NCBI GenBank assembly: GCA_963779415.1
Contig: CAVZYA010000002.1
Location: forward strand, 704,001 to 768,000
From: an uncultured Acidobacteriota bacterium
GTDB lineage: Bacteria > Acidobacteriota > Thermoanaerobaculia > UBA5066
Length of the DNA stretch: 64,000 nt
Direction of reading: 5' to 3'
Shown here: positions 29,368 to 40,033 of the stretch, one piece after another
Layout of the letters: each line of letters opens with the position of its first letter
Position numbering within the stretch: the stretch's first letter is position 1
Made by a program: the position numbers and the translations under genes
Notes under the pieces: generated by a model
Database searches by the model: none
What the model saw: only the letters and a program-made list of their open reading frames with translations
What the model was told of the DNA's origin: nothing

Positions 29368-30699
29368 ATGAACATCCCGATCAACATCCTCGCCCTCATC
29401 TTCGTCCTCTCCGTCCTGATCGTCGTCCACGAGTTCGGGCACTACGCCGTGGCGAAGGGCTTCCGGTTCCCGGTGGAGGTCTTCTCCCTCGGCTTCGGAA
29501 AGAGGCTCTTCGGCTGGAAGCGGAAGGAGACGGACTACCGCGTCTCCGTGATCCCGCTCGGCGGGTACGTCAAGGTCGTCGGTCTCGGTCCGGACGAGAG
29601 CGACGTGGTCGCCGGGCAGGAGCCCGCCGCGCCCCTCGGGCCGCGCTGGCAGCGGCTCCTCGTCCTCGTCGCCGGGCCCGCGATGAATTTCGTCCTCGCC
29701 CTCCTCCTGACGACGGCGGCCTTCGTCATCGGGATGGAGGTCCTGAAGTACCAGGACGAGCCGCCTCTCGTGAAGCACGTCGAGGCCCGGAGCCCGGCGG
29801 AGCGGGCGGGCGTGAAGGTGGACGACCTCATCGTCGCGATCGGCGGCAAGCCCGTCACGACCTGGCGCGAGGTGGAGATGGACCTCGGTCTCGCGCCGCG
29901 GGAGAACATCCCTGTCGATCTGAAGCGGGGAGCCGAGACGGTCCATGTGACGCTTCGCCCCGAGCCGGACCGGAAGTACGACATCGGGTACACGGGGCTG
30001 AATCCGTATCTCGCCCCCATCGTCGGCGGCCTCGTGAAGAACTACCCGGCCGAGAAGGCGGGTTTGAAGACGGGTGACCGGATCGTCTCCGTCGGCGGCA
30101 GCGAGGTGACGGGGTACTACGACGTCGTCCGGGCGATCCGCGAGGCCGCGGCGGCCGGCGGTGCGGGCGGACCGAAGCCGATCGAGTTCGTCGTCGAGCG
30201 GGACAGCCGGCGTCTGACGATCCCGATCACGCCGCGCGAGGATTCCGGCTCGTGGCGGATCGGATTCGCGCCGAGGTACGAGACGGTGATCAAGCGGCTC
30301 GGCCTCGTCGATGCGGTCGCCGCCGCCGTGGGCGAGCTCGTCCGCCAGACGCAGATGACCGGCGTCACCGTCGTCCGGCTCTTCCGGGGCACCAGCTCGA
30401 TGCGGCAGCTCTCCGGGCCCATCGACATCGCGAAGTTCTCCGGCGAGGCCGCGCGGAGCGGGCCCTCGGCCCTCCTCGGCCTGATGGGAATCCTCTCGCT
30501 GCAGCTCGGCCTCCTGAACCTCCTTCCGATCCCGCTCCTCGACGGCGGGCAGATCTTCGTCACGCTTCTCGAAGCCGTCGCCCGCCGCGATTTCCCGCTC
30601 AAGCTGAAGGAGCGGCTCCTCCAGGCGGGCTTCGTCTTTCTCGTCCTCGTGATGGTGACCGTTCTCTACTTCGACGTCCTCAAGAACGTCAGCTTCTGA
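29368..30699 (+). CDS. rseP: RIP metalloprotease RseP
   Basis: HEFGH, two PDZ domains, [11 protein letters not shown]. Confidence 0.94.
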   Translation: MNIPINILALIFVLSVLIVVHEFGHYAVAKGFRFPVEVFSLGFGKRLFGWKRKETDYRVSVIPLGGYVKVVGLGPDESDVVAGQEPAAPLGPRWQRLLVLVAGPAMNFVLALLLTTAAFVIGMEVLKYQDEPPLVKHVEARSPAERAGVKVDDLIVAIGGKPVTTWREVEMDLGLAPRENIPVDLKRGAETVHVTLRPEPDRKYDIGYTGLNPYLAPIVGGLVKNYPAEKAGLKTGDRIVSVGGSEVTGYYDVVRAIREAAAAGGAGGPKPIEFVVERDSRRLTIPITPREDSGSWRIGFAPRYETVIKRLGLVDAVAAAVGELVRQTQMTGVTVVRLFRGTSSMRQLSGPIDIAKFSGEAARSGPSALLGLMGILSLQLGLLNLLPIPLLDGGQIFVTLLEAVARRDFPLKLKERLLQAGFVFLVLVMVTVLYFDVLKNVSF

Positions 30700-30703
30700 T
30701 CCG

Positions 30704-31960
30704 ATGGCCGCTTCCCGCTCACGCCACGCGACCGTACCGGTGAAGGTCGGGAAGGTCACCGTCGGAGGAGGGCAGCCCGTCGTCGTCCAGTCGATGACGA
30801 TGACGGACACGGCGGACGTCGCCGCGACCGCACGGCAGTGCCTCGAGCTCTGGAAGGCCGGCTCGGAGCTGGTCCGCGTCACCGTGAACGTCCCGGAGGC
30901 GGCCGCGGCCGTCCCGGAGATAAGGCATCGGCTCCGGGACGAGGGATGCGACGTTCCCCTGATCGGCGACTTCCACTACAACGGGCACCTTCTCCTGACG
31001 AAGTTCCCCCTCTGTGCGGAAGCCCTCGACAAGTACCGGATCAATCCCGGGAACGTCGGGACGGGGCGCCTCAGGGACGAGCAGTTCTCGACGATCTGCA
31101 AGGTGGCCGTGGACCACGGCAAGCCGGTCCGGATCGGCGTCAACGGCGGCTCCCTGAACCAGGAGCTCGTCATGCGGAAAATGCAGGAGAACACCGACCG
31201 GGACCTCGGGAAGTCGTCCGAGGTGATCGTCGGCGAGTGCATGGTCCTCTCGGCGCTCGAGTCGACGGAGTTGGCGCTCGAAAGCGGCCTCGTGAAGAAC
31301 CGGATCATCATCTCCTGCAAGGTCTCGAAGCCGCAGGACCTGATCGCCGTCTACCGGGAGCTCGCCCGCCGCACGGACCAGCCGCTCCATCTCGGGCTGA
31401 CGGAAGCCGGGATGGGAACCAAGGGGCTGGTCTGGTCCTCGGCGGCGATGGGCGTCCTGCTTCAGGAAGGAATCGGCGACACGATCCGCGTCTCCCTGAC
31501 GCCGCGCCCCGGCGGGGACCGCCGCGAGGAGGTCTATGCCGCGTGCGAGCTTCTCCAGTCGCTCGGCCTCCGCTCCTTCGCCCCGTCGGTGACGGCCTGC
31601 CCGGGCTGCGGCCGGACGACCTCCGCGACGTTCCAGGAGCTGGCCGAGCGGATCCAGGGCTACGTCCGCGAAAGGATGCCCGAGTGGAAGCGCGAGTACG
31701 ACGGCGTCGAGACGATGACGCTCGCCGTGATGGGGTGCATCGTCAACGGTCCGGGGGAGTCGAAGGCCGCGAACATCGGGATCTCGCTTCCCGGCACGGG
31801 CGAGGCGCCGAGCTGCCCCGTCTACGTCGACGGCCAGAAGTTCACGACGCTCAAAGGGAACTACGACGAGCTTTCGATCGCCTTCCGGGCCCTCATCGAC
31901 GACTACGTGGCTACGAAGTACCCCAAGAAGTACCCGAAGAAGGAGACCGCGCGGGGCTGA
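30704..31960 (+). CDS. ispG: HMBPP synthase
   Basis: [47 protein letters not shown]. Confidence 0.95.
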   Translation: MAASRSRHATVPVKVGKVTVGGGQPVVVQSMTMTDTADVAATARQCLELWKAGSELVRVTVNVPEAAAAVPEIRHRLRDEGCDVPLIGDFHYNGHLLLTKFPLCAEALDKYRINPGNVGTGRLRDEQFSTICKVAVDHGKPVRIGVNGGSLNQELVMRKMQENTDRDLGKSSEVIVGECMVLSALESTELALESGLVKNRIIISCKVSKPQDLIAVYRELARRTDQPLHLGLTEAGMGTKGLVWSSAAMGVLLQEGIGDTIRVSLTPRPGGDRREEVYAACELLQSLGLRSFAPSVTACPGCGRTTSATFQELAERIQGYVRERMPEWKREYDGVETMTLAVMGCIVNGPGESKAANIGISLPGTGEAPSCPVYVDGQKFTTLKGNYDELSIAFRALIDDYVATKYPKKYPKKETARG

Positions 31961-31964
31961 GACC

Positions 31965-32843
31965 TCAGGCGGCCCCCGCCAGCCGGCGGAGGGCGGCGAG
32001 GCCCTCGCGGTCCCAGTCGCCGCTCTCGTCCTTCGGCGTCTCGAGGATCTTCGGGACCCTCGCGAAGACGGGCTCGGTCATCAGGTTCGCAAAGCCGGCT
32101 TCGCCGATCGTTCCGAGACCGATCCGCTCGTGCCGGTCGACACGGCAGCCCCGCCCCTTCTTCGAGTCGTTCGCGTGGATGACCGAGACGCGCGAGAGCC
32201 CGATCGTCCGGTCGGCCTCGTCCAGCATCGAGCGCCAGCCGTCCTTCGTCACGACGTCGTACCCTGCCGCCCAGACGTGGCAGGTGTCGAGGCAGAAGGC
32301 GATCCGAGCCTTCGACGCGGCGCGCGCACGCATCCCGGCGAGCTGGGCGAACGTGTGTCCGAGACAGGCTCCCTGCCCCGCGGCCGTCTCGAGGAGGATC
32401 GTCGTCTTTGCGCCGGGCGTCTTCTTCGACGCCTCGTCGAGTCCCCGCGAGATCCGGTCGACACCGGTCTCTTCGCCGTCGCCGCCGTGAGAGCCGGGAT
32501 GGAGGACGAGGAAGGGGATCCCGGCCGCGTCGCACCGCCGGATCTCGTCCACGAGGGCGGCGAGCGAGCGGCGGCGCGTCGCGGCGTCGGGAGAGGCGAG
32601 ATTGATGAGGTAGGCGGCATGCGAGACGACGGGCTCGATCCCGGCCGCCTTCGCCGCCACGCGGAGCGTGGAGGAGTCCTCGGGGTCGAGCGCCTTGCCC
32701 GCCCACTGGTTGGAGTTCTTGGTGAAGAGCTGCAGGGCGCGGCAGCCGACGCCCACGGCCCGCTCGACGGCCTTCGCGAGGCCCCCCGCCGCGCTCATGT
32801 GCGCCCCGACGAGGGGCTCCTCCGGGCGGCGGGAGGCCGTCAC
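31965..32843 (-). CDS. nfo: Endonuclease IV (in frame with the upstream PHP ORF in this assembly)
   Basis: GAHMSAAGG, SHAAYLIN, LHPGS, LLETAAGQG, DTCH, HANDSK, DRHE, ILETP. Confidence 0.9.
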   Translation of the reverse strand: MTASRRPEEPLVGAHMSAAGGLAKAVERAVGVGCRALQLFTKNSNQWAGKALDPEDSSTLRVAAKAAGIEPVVSHAAYLINLASPDAATRRRSLAALVDEIRRCDAAGIPFLVLHPGSHGGDGEETGVDRISRGLDEASKKTPGAKTTILLETAAGQGACLGHTFAQLAGMRARAASKARIAFCLDTCHVWAAGYDVVTKDGWRSMLDEADRTIGLSRVSVIHANDSKKGRGCRVDRHERIGLGTIGEAGFANLMTEPVFARVPKILETPKDESGDWDREGLAALRRLAGAA

Positions 32844-33821
32844 GCGCGGAGGGACGCCGCGGCGGCGGAAGCGGGATTTCAGGCTCCGCGTCAGGGCGAG
32901 CTGCTTGGCGTAGTTGAGGGAATAGATGGCCGCGGGGACCCCGGCCACGTTGAAGGGGAGCGAGGCCGCGGCGATGACGAAGTGACGCGTCTTCTCCGCG
33001 GTCGTGTACTCCGGGTTCCGGAAGCGCGTGACCGACCGGTAGTACTTGCCGAGGTTCTCGTAGACGTCACCGAGGACGTTCCGGAAGCCCATCTCGGTCC
33101 CCCACGCGAGGCAGCGCCCCTGCCGGACCGCGGCGAGAAACTCCTTCCACGTCTTCCCGGGAGCGAGGGTGAAGACCGACGCGATCGGGGGATACGTGTG
33201 CGCATCCGACCCGCCGACGAGGGAGAGCGACCCCCGTTTCTGCCGGGCGACCTCGAGGAGGTCCGCCACGAGGGCGTTGTGCTGGTACGCCATCGAGCCG
33301 TTCTTCACCTCGAAGACGTCGAAGAGAGTCAGCATCGTCGTGACGAAGTCTTCCGGCGCCTGCCGCATCCGGTACGACTGGAAGAGGTGGTTCGCCGAGT
33401 AGAGGAGGCCCTCGGAGCGGAGGTAGTCGACGAGGTCGAAGATGTTCCGGCGCTTCTTCGAGATCACCTGGTGCTGGGCGAGCGTCAGGTCGAAGACGTT
33501 CACGTGGATCCGCTGGCCGGTCTTCGGGAAGAAGGTCTCGACCTCCTCGGAGACGAAGAAGTCGGGGAGGTCGGGGTGGCGGTCGAGGAACCGAAGGCAC
33601 CCGTCCACCGTGTCGTGGTCCGAGAACGTGACGAAATCCATCCCCCGGGCCTTCGCGAGGCGGTACGTTTCGTCCGGGTCGTTGTACGAGTCGCGCGTGT
33701 TTCCCGCCTTGAAGTACTTGAAGATCGAGGCCTCCGTGTGGAGATGGAGGTCGGCCCGGGAGAGCGGCAGCTCTGCGGGGGAGAGGGCGGGCGCGTGGCG
33801 CGCGAGGCGGGTTCCCGTCAC
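32840..33821 (-). CDS. PHP-domain metallo-phosphoesterase
   Basis: DLHLHT, TFSDHDT, NH, GGSDAH motifs; 3' boundary uncertain (see findings). Confidence 0.8.
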
Positions 33822-33900
33822 GGGAGGAGGAGTCTCGGTCCCGCGGGACCCCGAGTCAAATGACCAAGGCGCCGGGAGGGCTGGTAGAGTCGGATATGCG

Positions 33901-34626
33901 ATGGGCGGTGTCTTTCTCCGGGTGCTCTACGCGCTTTTTCTCGCCGGAGTCCTCGCCGTCGCGGCGTGGGTCTCCTTCTCCCGGTTCGTCGCCGGAAAAT
34001 CGACGCTCGTCCCCAATCTTCGGGAGATGACGGTGGAGGAGGCGACCGCAAGGGCGGCGGAGCTCGGGCTCGCTGCGGAGGTGGATCCGGCGCGGGACGA
34101 TTGGGACGAGAGTGTCCCGTCGGGGCGGATCCGCGCGCAGGAGCCGACGGCCGACATGGCCGTCAAGGAAGGGCAGACGATCCGGCTCTTCCTCTCGCTC
34201 GGACCGAAGCAGCTCCGGATGCCCGACCTCACCGGGCAGTCCCCGAGAGCCGCCGCGGCCGCGCTCGTCCGCCTCGGATTCCCCGAGCCGGTTCTCGCCG
34301 CGGTCCGGCTCCCCGGTCCGACCGGCGTCGTCGCCCAGAGCGCGTCGCCCGGAGCCGTCGTCGCGCCGGGCGCTCCGGCAGGGCTTCTCGTCAACCGCGG
34401 CCTCCCCGAGGCCGCGTGGGTCATGCCCGACCTGATCGGACGGGACGTGGAGAAGGTGCGCCTCGCCTTCGAGGCGCGCGGATTCCGCGTCGGCAGCGTC
34501 CGGAGACAGGCATACGAGGGAACGGCGGCGGGGACGATTCTCCGCCAGTTTCCGCAGGCAGGCTTCCCGGTCTCGCGCAAGGACGTCCTCTCCTTCGTCA
34601 TCGCTTCGGGCGAGGGGGTCTCGTGA
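33901..34626 (+). CDS. PASTA-domain membrane protein
   Basis: N-terminal TM helix; three repeats starting VPNL/MPDL/MPDL; upstream of rpe. Confidence 0.85.
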   Translation: MGGVFLRVLYALFLAGVLAVAAWVSFSRFVAGKSTLVPNLREMTVEEATARAAELGLAAEVDPARDDWDESVPSGRIRAQEPTADMAVKEGQTIRLFLSLGPKQLRMPDLTGQSPRAAAAALVRLGFPEPVLAAVRLPGPTGVVAQSASPGAVVAPGAPAGLLVNRGLPEAAWVMPDLIGRDVEKVRLAFEARGFRVGSVRRQAYEGTAAGTILRQFPQAGFPVSRKDVLSFVIASGEGVS

Positions 34627-35303
34627 CGGGCGCACCCGTCCGGATCGCCCCGTCGCTCCTCTCCGCGGATTTCGGGCGGCTGGCCGACGCGGTCTCCGCC
34701 TGCGAGGGGGCGGGGGCCGAATGGATCCATTTCGACGTGATGGACGGCCGTTTCGTCCCGAATCTCACGGTCGGGCCGGTCGTCCTGAAGGCCCTCCGCG
34801 GGGCGACGAGGCTGCCGTTCGATGTCCACCTGATGATCGAGGAGCCGCTCCGGACCGCCGAACAGTACCTGGACGCCGGTGCCGCGCGACTGGCGGTCCA
34901 CGTGGAGGCCGAAGCGCACCTCCACCGTTTCGCCCAGCTCGTCCGGTCCCGCGGCGCCTCACCGGGCATCGCGATCAATCCCGGGACGTCGCTCCTCCTT
35001 CTCGACGAGGCCGTCCGGTTCGTCGATTTCGTCCTCGTCATGACGGTCAATCCCGGATGGGGCGGACAGTCCTTCCTTCCCGGGTCGGTCGCGCGCGTCC
35101 GGGAGCTTTCGGATCTGATCCGATCGCGCGGCGCGCCGTGCGAGATCGCCGTGGACGGCGGTGTCGCGCCCGTGAACGCGGGCGCCCTCGTCTCCGCCGG
35201 GGCCGGACACCTCGTGGCGGGCTCCTCGGTCTTCGGAAGCGGCGACGTCGCGGCAGGCGTCGCCGCGCTTCGGGACGCGGCCTCGGAGCTCCGCGCGGTG
35301 TAA
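34623..35303 (+). CDS. rpe: Ribulose-phosphate 3-epimerase
   Basis: IAPSLLSADF, HFDVMDGRFVPN, DVHLMI, MTVNPGWGGQ, VDGG. Confidence 0.95.
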   Translation: MTGAPVRIAPSLLSADFGRLADAVSACEGAGAEWIHFDVMDGRFVPNLTVGPVVLKALRGATRLPFDVHLMIEEPLRTAEQYLDAGAARLAVHVEAEAHLHRFAQLVRSRGASPGIAINPGTSLLLLDEAVRFVDFVLVMTVNPGWGGQSFLPGSVARVRELSDLIRSRGAPCEIAVDGGVAPVNAGALVSAGAGHLVAGSSVFGSGDVAAGVAALRDAASELRAV

Positions 35304-35317
35304 TCTCCGACGTTCCC

Positions 35318-36145
35318 ATGCGGCTCCGTCCCGTCGTCGTCCCGCTCCTCTTCCTCGCCATCGCGCTCTCGGCCTGCTCGTCGGGAGACAACTCGGCGAA
35401 GCTGACGCGAGAGCTCCTCACGATGCCGAAGGAGGAGGCCTACGCCAAGGGCGAGCAGCTGATCGCGAAGAAGAAGTGGGACCTCGGCCGGCAGTACCTC
35501 CGGTTCGTGGCGGAGAACTACGCGAACGACCCGATCGGGCGTCAGGCCGCCCTGAAGCTCGCGGACTCGTATTTCGACGAGGGGACACCGTTGTCCTATC
35601 TCGAGGCGCAGGCCCGGTACAAGGACTTCCGGAATCGCTACCCTTCCAGCCCGCGGGCCGACTACGCCCTCTTCCGCCTGGCGCAGACGGCCGACAAGGA
35701 AGCCGAGAAGCCGGACCGCGAGCAGACGAACACACGGCTCGCCGCCTCGAGCTACCGGGAGCTGATCGTCGGCTACCCGGACTCGCCGTACCTTACGGAG
35801 GCGCGCGTCCGCCTCCAGCGGATCCGGAACCTCCTCGCGGAGCACGAGTACCTCGTCGGGCGCTACTACTATCGGCGAAAGGGGTGGACGGCGGCGAAAG
35901 GGCGTTTCGAGACGATTCTCGCAGCCTACCCGGACTATACGAGCCTGGATCGCGTCCTCTACGAGGTCGGTCTCGTGCAGCGGAAGCTCGGGAACGAGGA
36001 GAAGGCCCGCGAGAGCTGGCAGCGCCTGACGCACGATTTTCCGGCGAGCCCCTACGCCAAGAAGATCCCGGCCCAAAAGAGCGAGCCGAAGCCTGCCCAG
36101 AAGGCCGCGACTCTCCGCTTTGACCCCGAGCCCCGGATGCGGTAA
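35318..36145 (+). CDS. bamD: Outer membrane protein assembly factor BamD
   Basis: Lipobox LSAC, TPR helices, RYPSSP, LAEHEYLVGRYY. Confidence 0.88.
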   Translation: MRLRPVVVPLLFLAIALSACSSGDNSAKLTRELLTMPKEEAYAKGEQLIAKKKWDLGRQYLRFVAENYANDPIGRQAALKLADSYFDEGTPLSYLEAQARYKDFRNRYPSSPRADYALFRLAQTADKEAEKPDREQTNTRLAASSYRELIVGYPDSPYLTEARVRLQRIRNLLAEHEYLVGRYYYRRKGWTAAKGRFETILAAYPDYTSLDRVLYEVGLVQRKLGNEEKARESWQRLTHDFPASPYAKKIPAQKSEPKPAQKAATLRFDPEPRMR

Positions 36146-36223
36146 CTTGGTGCGCTTCGAAAGTCTGCGCCCCTGAGGCCCGCGTTCAGGGTCGAAATGC
36201 CGGGAAACGGCGGGAGGTCGCCG

Positions 36224-37081
36224 ATGCGTAAGCCCCTTCCGGTTCTCCTCTTCGCTGCGGCCCTTCTGGGGCCGGGCGGTCGTGGAGCGGCCGCGGACAA
36301 TCCGCCCGCTCCGGCGCCCGCCTCCCACGGGGCGATCTCGCCCCCGCTTCCGATCGGCGTCGAGGCGGATGTCTACTGCTCGGGGTGGATCGGGGATGTC
36401 GACGACACGTTCCCGGCCTCGATCTTCAGCGCCGAGCTGATCAACTCGAAGCAGGGCTTCCTGGAAGGCGACATCGTCTACATCAACGCGGGGACGAAAG
36501 AGGGAATCACGGCCGGCCAGGAGTACTGGATCGTCCGCCCGGATCGGACCGTCTACAGGTTTGGTTCGGTCCTCGACGTCGTCGGCCAGATGTACCTGAC
36601 GCCGGGCAGGGCGCGGATTCTCTGCGCCCAGGACGATACGGCCATCGCCGAGATCGTTCTCTCGTGCTCGGACATCAACATCGGCGACCTGCTACTCCCC
36701 TTCGAGCCGATTCCGGTCCCGCTCGTCCGCCGGACGGTGCCCCTCTCCTCGTGCGACCCGACCACGGGGAAGGTCAGCGGCCACATCGTGGACGACCGCG
36801 ACCACATAACGCCGATTGCGACGAACAGCGTCGTCTTCCTCGACCTCGGAGAGGATGATGGCCTGATGCCCGGCGACTTCTTCGCGGTCTATCGCCTGCC
36901 GGTGGAGAACGCGGACCTGGCGAACATCAACGTCGGAGAGCTGGAGAACCAGACGAACCGGGGCGTCCGGATCATCCTGGGGGAGGCTTCGATCCTCACG
37001 ACGCGAAAGAAGACCTCGGTGGCGATCATCACCTCGATGCGGGACACGATGTACGTGGGCGACCGCGTCGAGATGAAGTAG
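36224..37081 (+). CDS. Secreted hypothetical protein with two similar beta domains (TsaP/FlgT-C-like)
   Basis: SD GGGAGG, signal peptide, repeated VYINAG..GITAGQEY / VFLDLGEDDGLMPGDFF pattern. Confidence 0.65.
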   Translation: MRKPLPVLLFAAALLGPGGRGAAADNPPAPAPASHGAISPPLPIGVEADVYCSGWIGDVDDTFPASIFSAELINSKQGFLEGDIVYINAGTKEGITAGQEYWIVRPDRTVYRFGSVLDVVGQMYLTPGRARILCAQDDTAIAEIVLSCSDINIGDLLLPFEPIPVPLVRRTVPLSSCDPTTGKVSGHIVDDRDHITPIATNSVVFLDLGEDDGLMPGDFFAVYRLPVENADLANINVGELENQTNRGVRIILGEASILTTRKKTSVAIITSMRDTMYVGDRVEMK

Positions 37082-37214
37082 CCGCGCGCGGTTCCCAGGT
37101 TCCCCTCCATGATACCGGCGGGCCCTTCCCGCCCGCGACCCGGCGTGATAGCGTCTCCGGCGCTCAAGAGAAAAACGCGAACGGACAACAGGCGTCGGGT
37201 AGGAGAGGCTTCTC

Positions 37215-37448
37215 GTGACGATCGACGGACAGCTGCAGCGGATCATCGACGAGCTCGTTTCCAAGGGAATCCCGCTGGAGGCCGCGAAGAGGGAATTCGA
37301 ACGGAAGTACGTGACGGCGGCCGTCACGAAGGCCGACGGCAACATGGGCCGTGCGGCGAAGTCGCTCGGCATTCACCGCAACACCCTTCGCGCGAAGATC
37401 TCGCTTCTCTCCGTCAGGACCTCGCGGCGTCATACCGACAATTCGTAA
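37215..37448 (+). CDS. Small Fis-type HTH protein
   Basis: FERKYV..GNMGRAAKSLGIHRNTLRAKI. Confidence 0.85.
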   Translation: MTIDGQLQRIIDELVSKGIPLEAAKREFERKYVTAAVTKADGNMGRAAKSLGIHRNTLRAKISLLSVRTSRRHTDNS

Positions 37449-37481
37449 AGGGGCGAGAGGGAACCCGTCTCCGGGCTCTAC

Positions 37482-37667
37482 CTACTTCGGGGTGTTCTTC
37501 GTCTCGTCTTTCTTCTCGTCGCCCTTCTGCCCGTCCCGCATCGCGTCCCTGAAGTTCTTGATCCCCTCGCCGAGTCCCTTCCCGAGCTGAGGGATCTTCC
37601 CGGCGCCGAAGATCAGGACGACGATGACCAGGATGACGAGAAGTTCGGGGAGTCCGAGGTTACCCAC
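37482..37667 (-). CDS. tatA: Twin-arginine translocase TatA/E
   Basis: [32 protein letters not shown]; SD AAGGAGG. Confidence 0.93.
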   Translation of the reverse strand: MGNLGLPELLVILVIVVLIFGAGKIPQLGKGLGEGIKNFRDAMRDGQKGDEKKDETKNTPK

Positions 37668-37691
37668 GCGCGCCTCCTTGACGAGCCGGAA

Positions 37692-38654
37692 TCATACCCT
37701 CCCGGATGTCGGTACCATGAATCGGAGCAGCTCCGCCCATGGTCCTGCGGGCGTCGTCCGCGTCCGGAGAACGCGTCTCGCGCGGTCCCGGTGAGGAAGG
37801 TAGATCTGCCGACCGAGGGCGAGCATCTTCTCGAAGGTCCCGAGCACTTTCCACGCCCGCTGGAGGAGGACCGCTTCGGCATATGCGGCCGGGTCCGACG
37901 GGACGCTCTCGCCCGCCCGCTCGAAGCGGAGGGAGACCGGGTCGTAGTCCGGCGGCCCGAGGCGGAGGTCCTGGAAGTCGATCAGGGCGAGCCGTCCGTC
38001 CGGCGCGCGCATGAGGTTGTTGGCGTGGAAGTCGCGGTGTGTCGGGACAGGATCACCCGTTGCGTCCGGATCGGCGGCGGCGCGGGCGAGCTCTCCCGCG
38101 AGGCGGTCCCAGGCGGCTCCGTCCGGGCGGGAGAGGGGGGACGCGCCCCCGCGCTCGAGCGCCCAGTGTCGCGTATGGGAAAGCTCGCGGAGGAAGAACT
38201 CCGCGTCAAACGGCGGGTTCCGGCGCGAGACGGCCCGGTCGAGCGTCCGGAGAGCGACGAGAAGATCCTCGGCCTCGTCGAGGAAGCGGGCGCGCTCCCC
38301 GGGCGGCGCCGCCTCGATCTCGGCCGCGAGGTCGCGGTCCCCGAGGTCCTCCACGAGCGCGCTGCCGAGGTCGGGCGCGTCCCCTAAGAGGGCGGGGACG
38401 CGAAGGCCCGCCGCGGTCAGGGCCGCGCCGATCGCCGCCCAGTTCCCCTGCGCGGCCGAGGCGGGTTCCGGATAGAGGACGACGAGGACGCTGGCCCCTC
38501 CGGGAGTCGCCCGGCGGAAGTAGCGGCGGGCACCGGCGTCGCCGGCGAGGGGCGAAAAAACGCCTCCGGGCGCCAGCGCGAATCGCTTCGCGGCCGCGGC
38601 GAGACGCTCTTCTTCCGCGGGCGCCAGCGGCGGCGCGAACGGGGGCGGGGTCAC
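37692..38654 (-). CDS. APH-family phosphotransferase (AmgK-like sugar kinase)
   Basis: LAGDAGARRYFR, EDLGD, HRDFHANNLM, LIDFQD. Confidence 0.8.
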   Translation of the reverse strand: MTPPPFAPPLAPAEEERLAAAAKRFALAPGGVFSPLAGDAGARRYFRRATPGGASVLVVLYPEPASAAQGNWAAIGAALTAAGLRVPALLGDAPDLGSALVEDLGDRDLAAEIEAAPPGERARFLDEAEDLLVALRTLDRAVSRRNPPFDAEFFLRELSHTRHWALERGGASPLSRPDGAAWDRLAGELARAAADPDATGDPVPTHRDFHANNLMRAPDGRLALIDFQDLRLGPPDYDPVSLRFERAGESVPSDPAAYAEAVLLQRAWKVLGTFEKMLALGRQIYLPHRDRARRVLRTRTTPAGPWAELLRFMVPTSGRV

Positions 38655-38661
38655 GCGGCGG

Positions 38662-39342
38662 TCAGTTCTTGGCGGGAGCCGCCGGCTCGTCCACGAGCTC
38701 TACCTTGAGGAGCTTCTGGAGGTTCCTCGGCTTTCCGGCCCCGCCGCTCGAGGGATCGTAGTTCGACGCGGTGACGATCTTGTCCACGACATCCATCCCG
38801 CTCACGACCTCGCCGAATGCCGTGTACTGGCGGTCGAGGAAAGGGGAGTCCTTCACGCCGATGAAGAACTGCGAGGAGGCCGAGTCCGGGTTCGAGGCCC
38901 GAGCCATCGAGAGAATCCCGCGGCGGTGGGCCGTGTCGTTGAACTCGGCCTTCAGGTTGACGGGTTTTCCCTCCGCGTCCTTGTTGCCGCCGGTGCCGTA
39001 GCGCGTCTCGGGTGTCTCGGGCTTTTTCGTGTTCGGGTCGCCTCCCTGGATCATGAACTCCGGGATGACGCGGTGGAACGCCGTCCCGTCGTAGAAGCCC
39101 TTCGCCGCAAGGTCGATGAAGTTCTTCACGTGGTTCGGCGCCTTGTCGTGGAAGAACCGGAGCGTCACGTCCCCTTGCGACGTCTTGAGGACCGCGAGCG
39201 TGTGGGCGTAATCACGGGTCTTGCTCACCTTCGTCTCCTTCTTCGGGGCCTTCGGGGCGGAGGTCTGGGCGGCGAGGGGGAGCGAGAGGGAAAGGGCCGC
39301 CACGGCGAGGAGCCGTCCGGGGACGCTCGGGATTCGGTTCAA
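38662..39342 (-). CDS. Periplasmic cyclophilin-type peptidyl-prolyl isomerase
   Basis: FYDGTAFHRVIPEFMIQGGDP, SMAR, SQFFI, YTAFGEV. Confidence 0.92.
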   Translation of the reverse strand: MNRIPSVPGRLLAVAALSLSLPLAAQTSAPKAPKKETKVSKTRDYAHTLAVLKTSQGDVTLRFFHDKAPNHVKNFIDLAAKGFYDGTAFHRVIPEFMIQGGDPNTKKPETPETRYGTGGNKDAEGKPVNLKAEFNDTAHRRGILSMARASNPDSASSQFFIGVKDSPFLDRQYTAFGEVVSGMDVVDKIVTASNYDPSSGGAGKPRNLQKLLKVELVDEPAAPAKN

Positions 39343-39436
39343 GGGAGCCTCCTTTGGAAGGCAGAATTACCCCGGCGCCTTGTCGGGCCGGCGGCGCCGA
39401 CGGATGATAGACCGAAGACGACGGGGAGGGCAGTTC

Positions 39437-40033
39437 ATGCTGGCCGAGACGTTTCTCACGCTGGTCCGGAAGGCGACGCGCGAGCTGGACCTCGAGGAGA
39501 TCCGGGCCGAGGTGATCGCCTTTTCTGCGCGAACCCCCGACCTCTCGACCCGCGAGAAAGGGGAGCGGATGATCCGCCGCACGGCGCGGCGGGCGGCCGC
39601 GATCGGCGCCCTCGCGAGCCTCCCGCCGGGGTGGGCTTCCGTCGCGGCGATGGCGCCCGAGCTCTCCGCCCTCATCGTCCTCCAGAGCCGGCTCATCGTC
39701 GGCCTCCACATCCTCTACGGCGGCACGCCCGAGCCCGAGGAGCGGGCCCTCGAGGTCCTCGCCGGCATCGCGGCGGGCGCGGGCGTCAACGTCTCGCGGC
39801 GCCTGACGGCGCGGGCTGCCGAGGAGCTTGTAGGACGCCTGGCGATCCGGATTGCGGGGCGCGAAGCGGTGCACCTCGTTCCGCTCGCGGGGGCGGCGGC
39901 CTCGGCCGCGCTGAACTTCGCCGCCGTCCGTGCCGTCGGACGCGCGGCGCTCGCGCGTGTCGAGCAGCTCTACGGTCCTCCCGAGGTCCCGGGAAAAGGA
40001 TCGATCGTCGACGCGAGAGGGGAGGTCTCGTGA
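39437..40033 (+). CDS. EcsC-like hypothetical protein
   Basis: SD GGGGAGG; Ala/Gly-rich helices, VPLAGAAASAALN motif. Confidence 0.6.
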   Translation: MLAETFLTLVRKATRELDLEEIRAEVIAFSARTPDLSTREKGERMIRRTARRAAAIGALASLPPGWASVAAMAPELSALIVLQSRLIVGLHILYGGTPEPEERALEVLAGIAAGAGVNVSRRLTARAAEELVGRLAIRIAGREAVHLVPLAGAAASAALNFAAVRAVGRAALARVEQLYGPPEVPGKGSIVDARGEVS

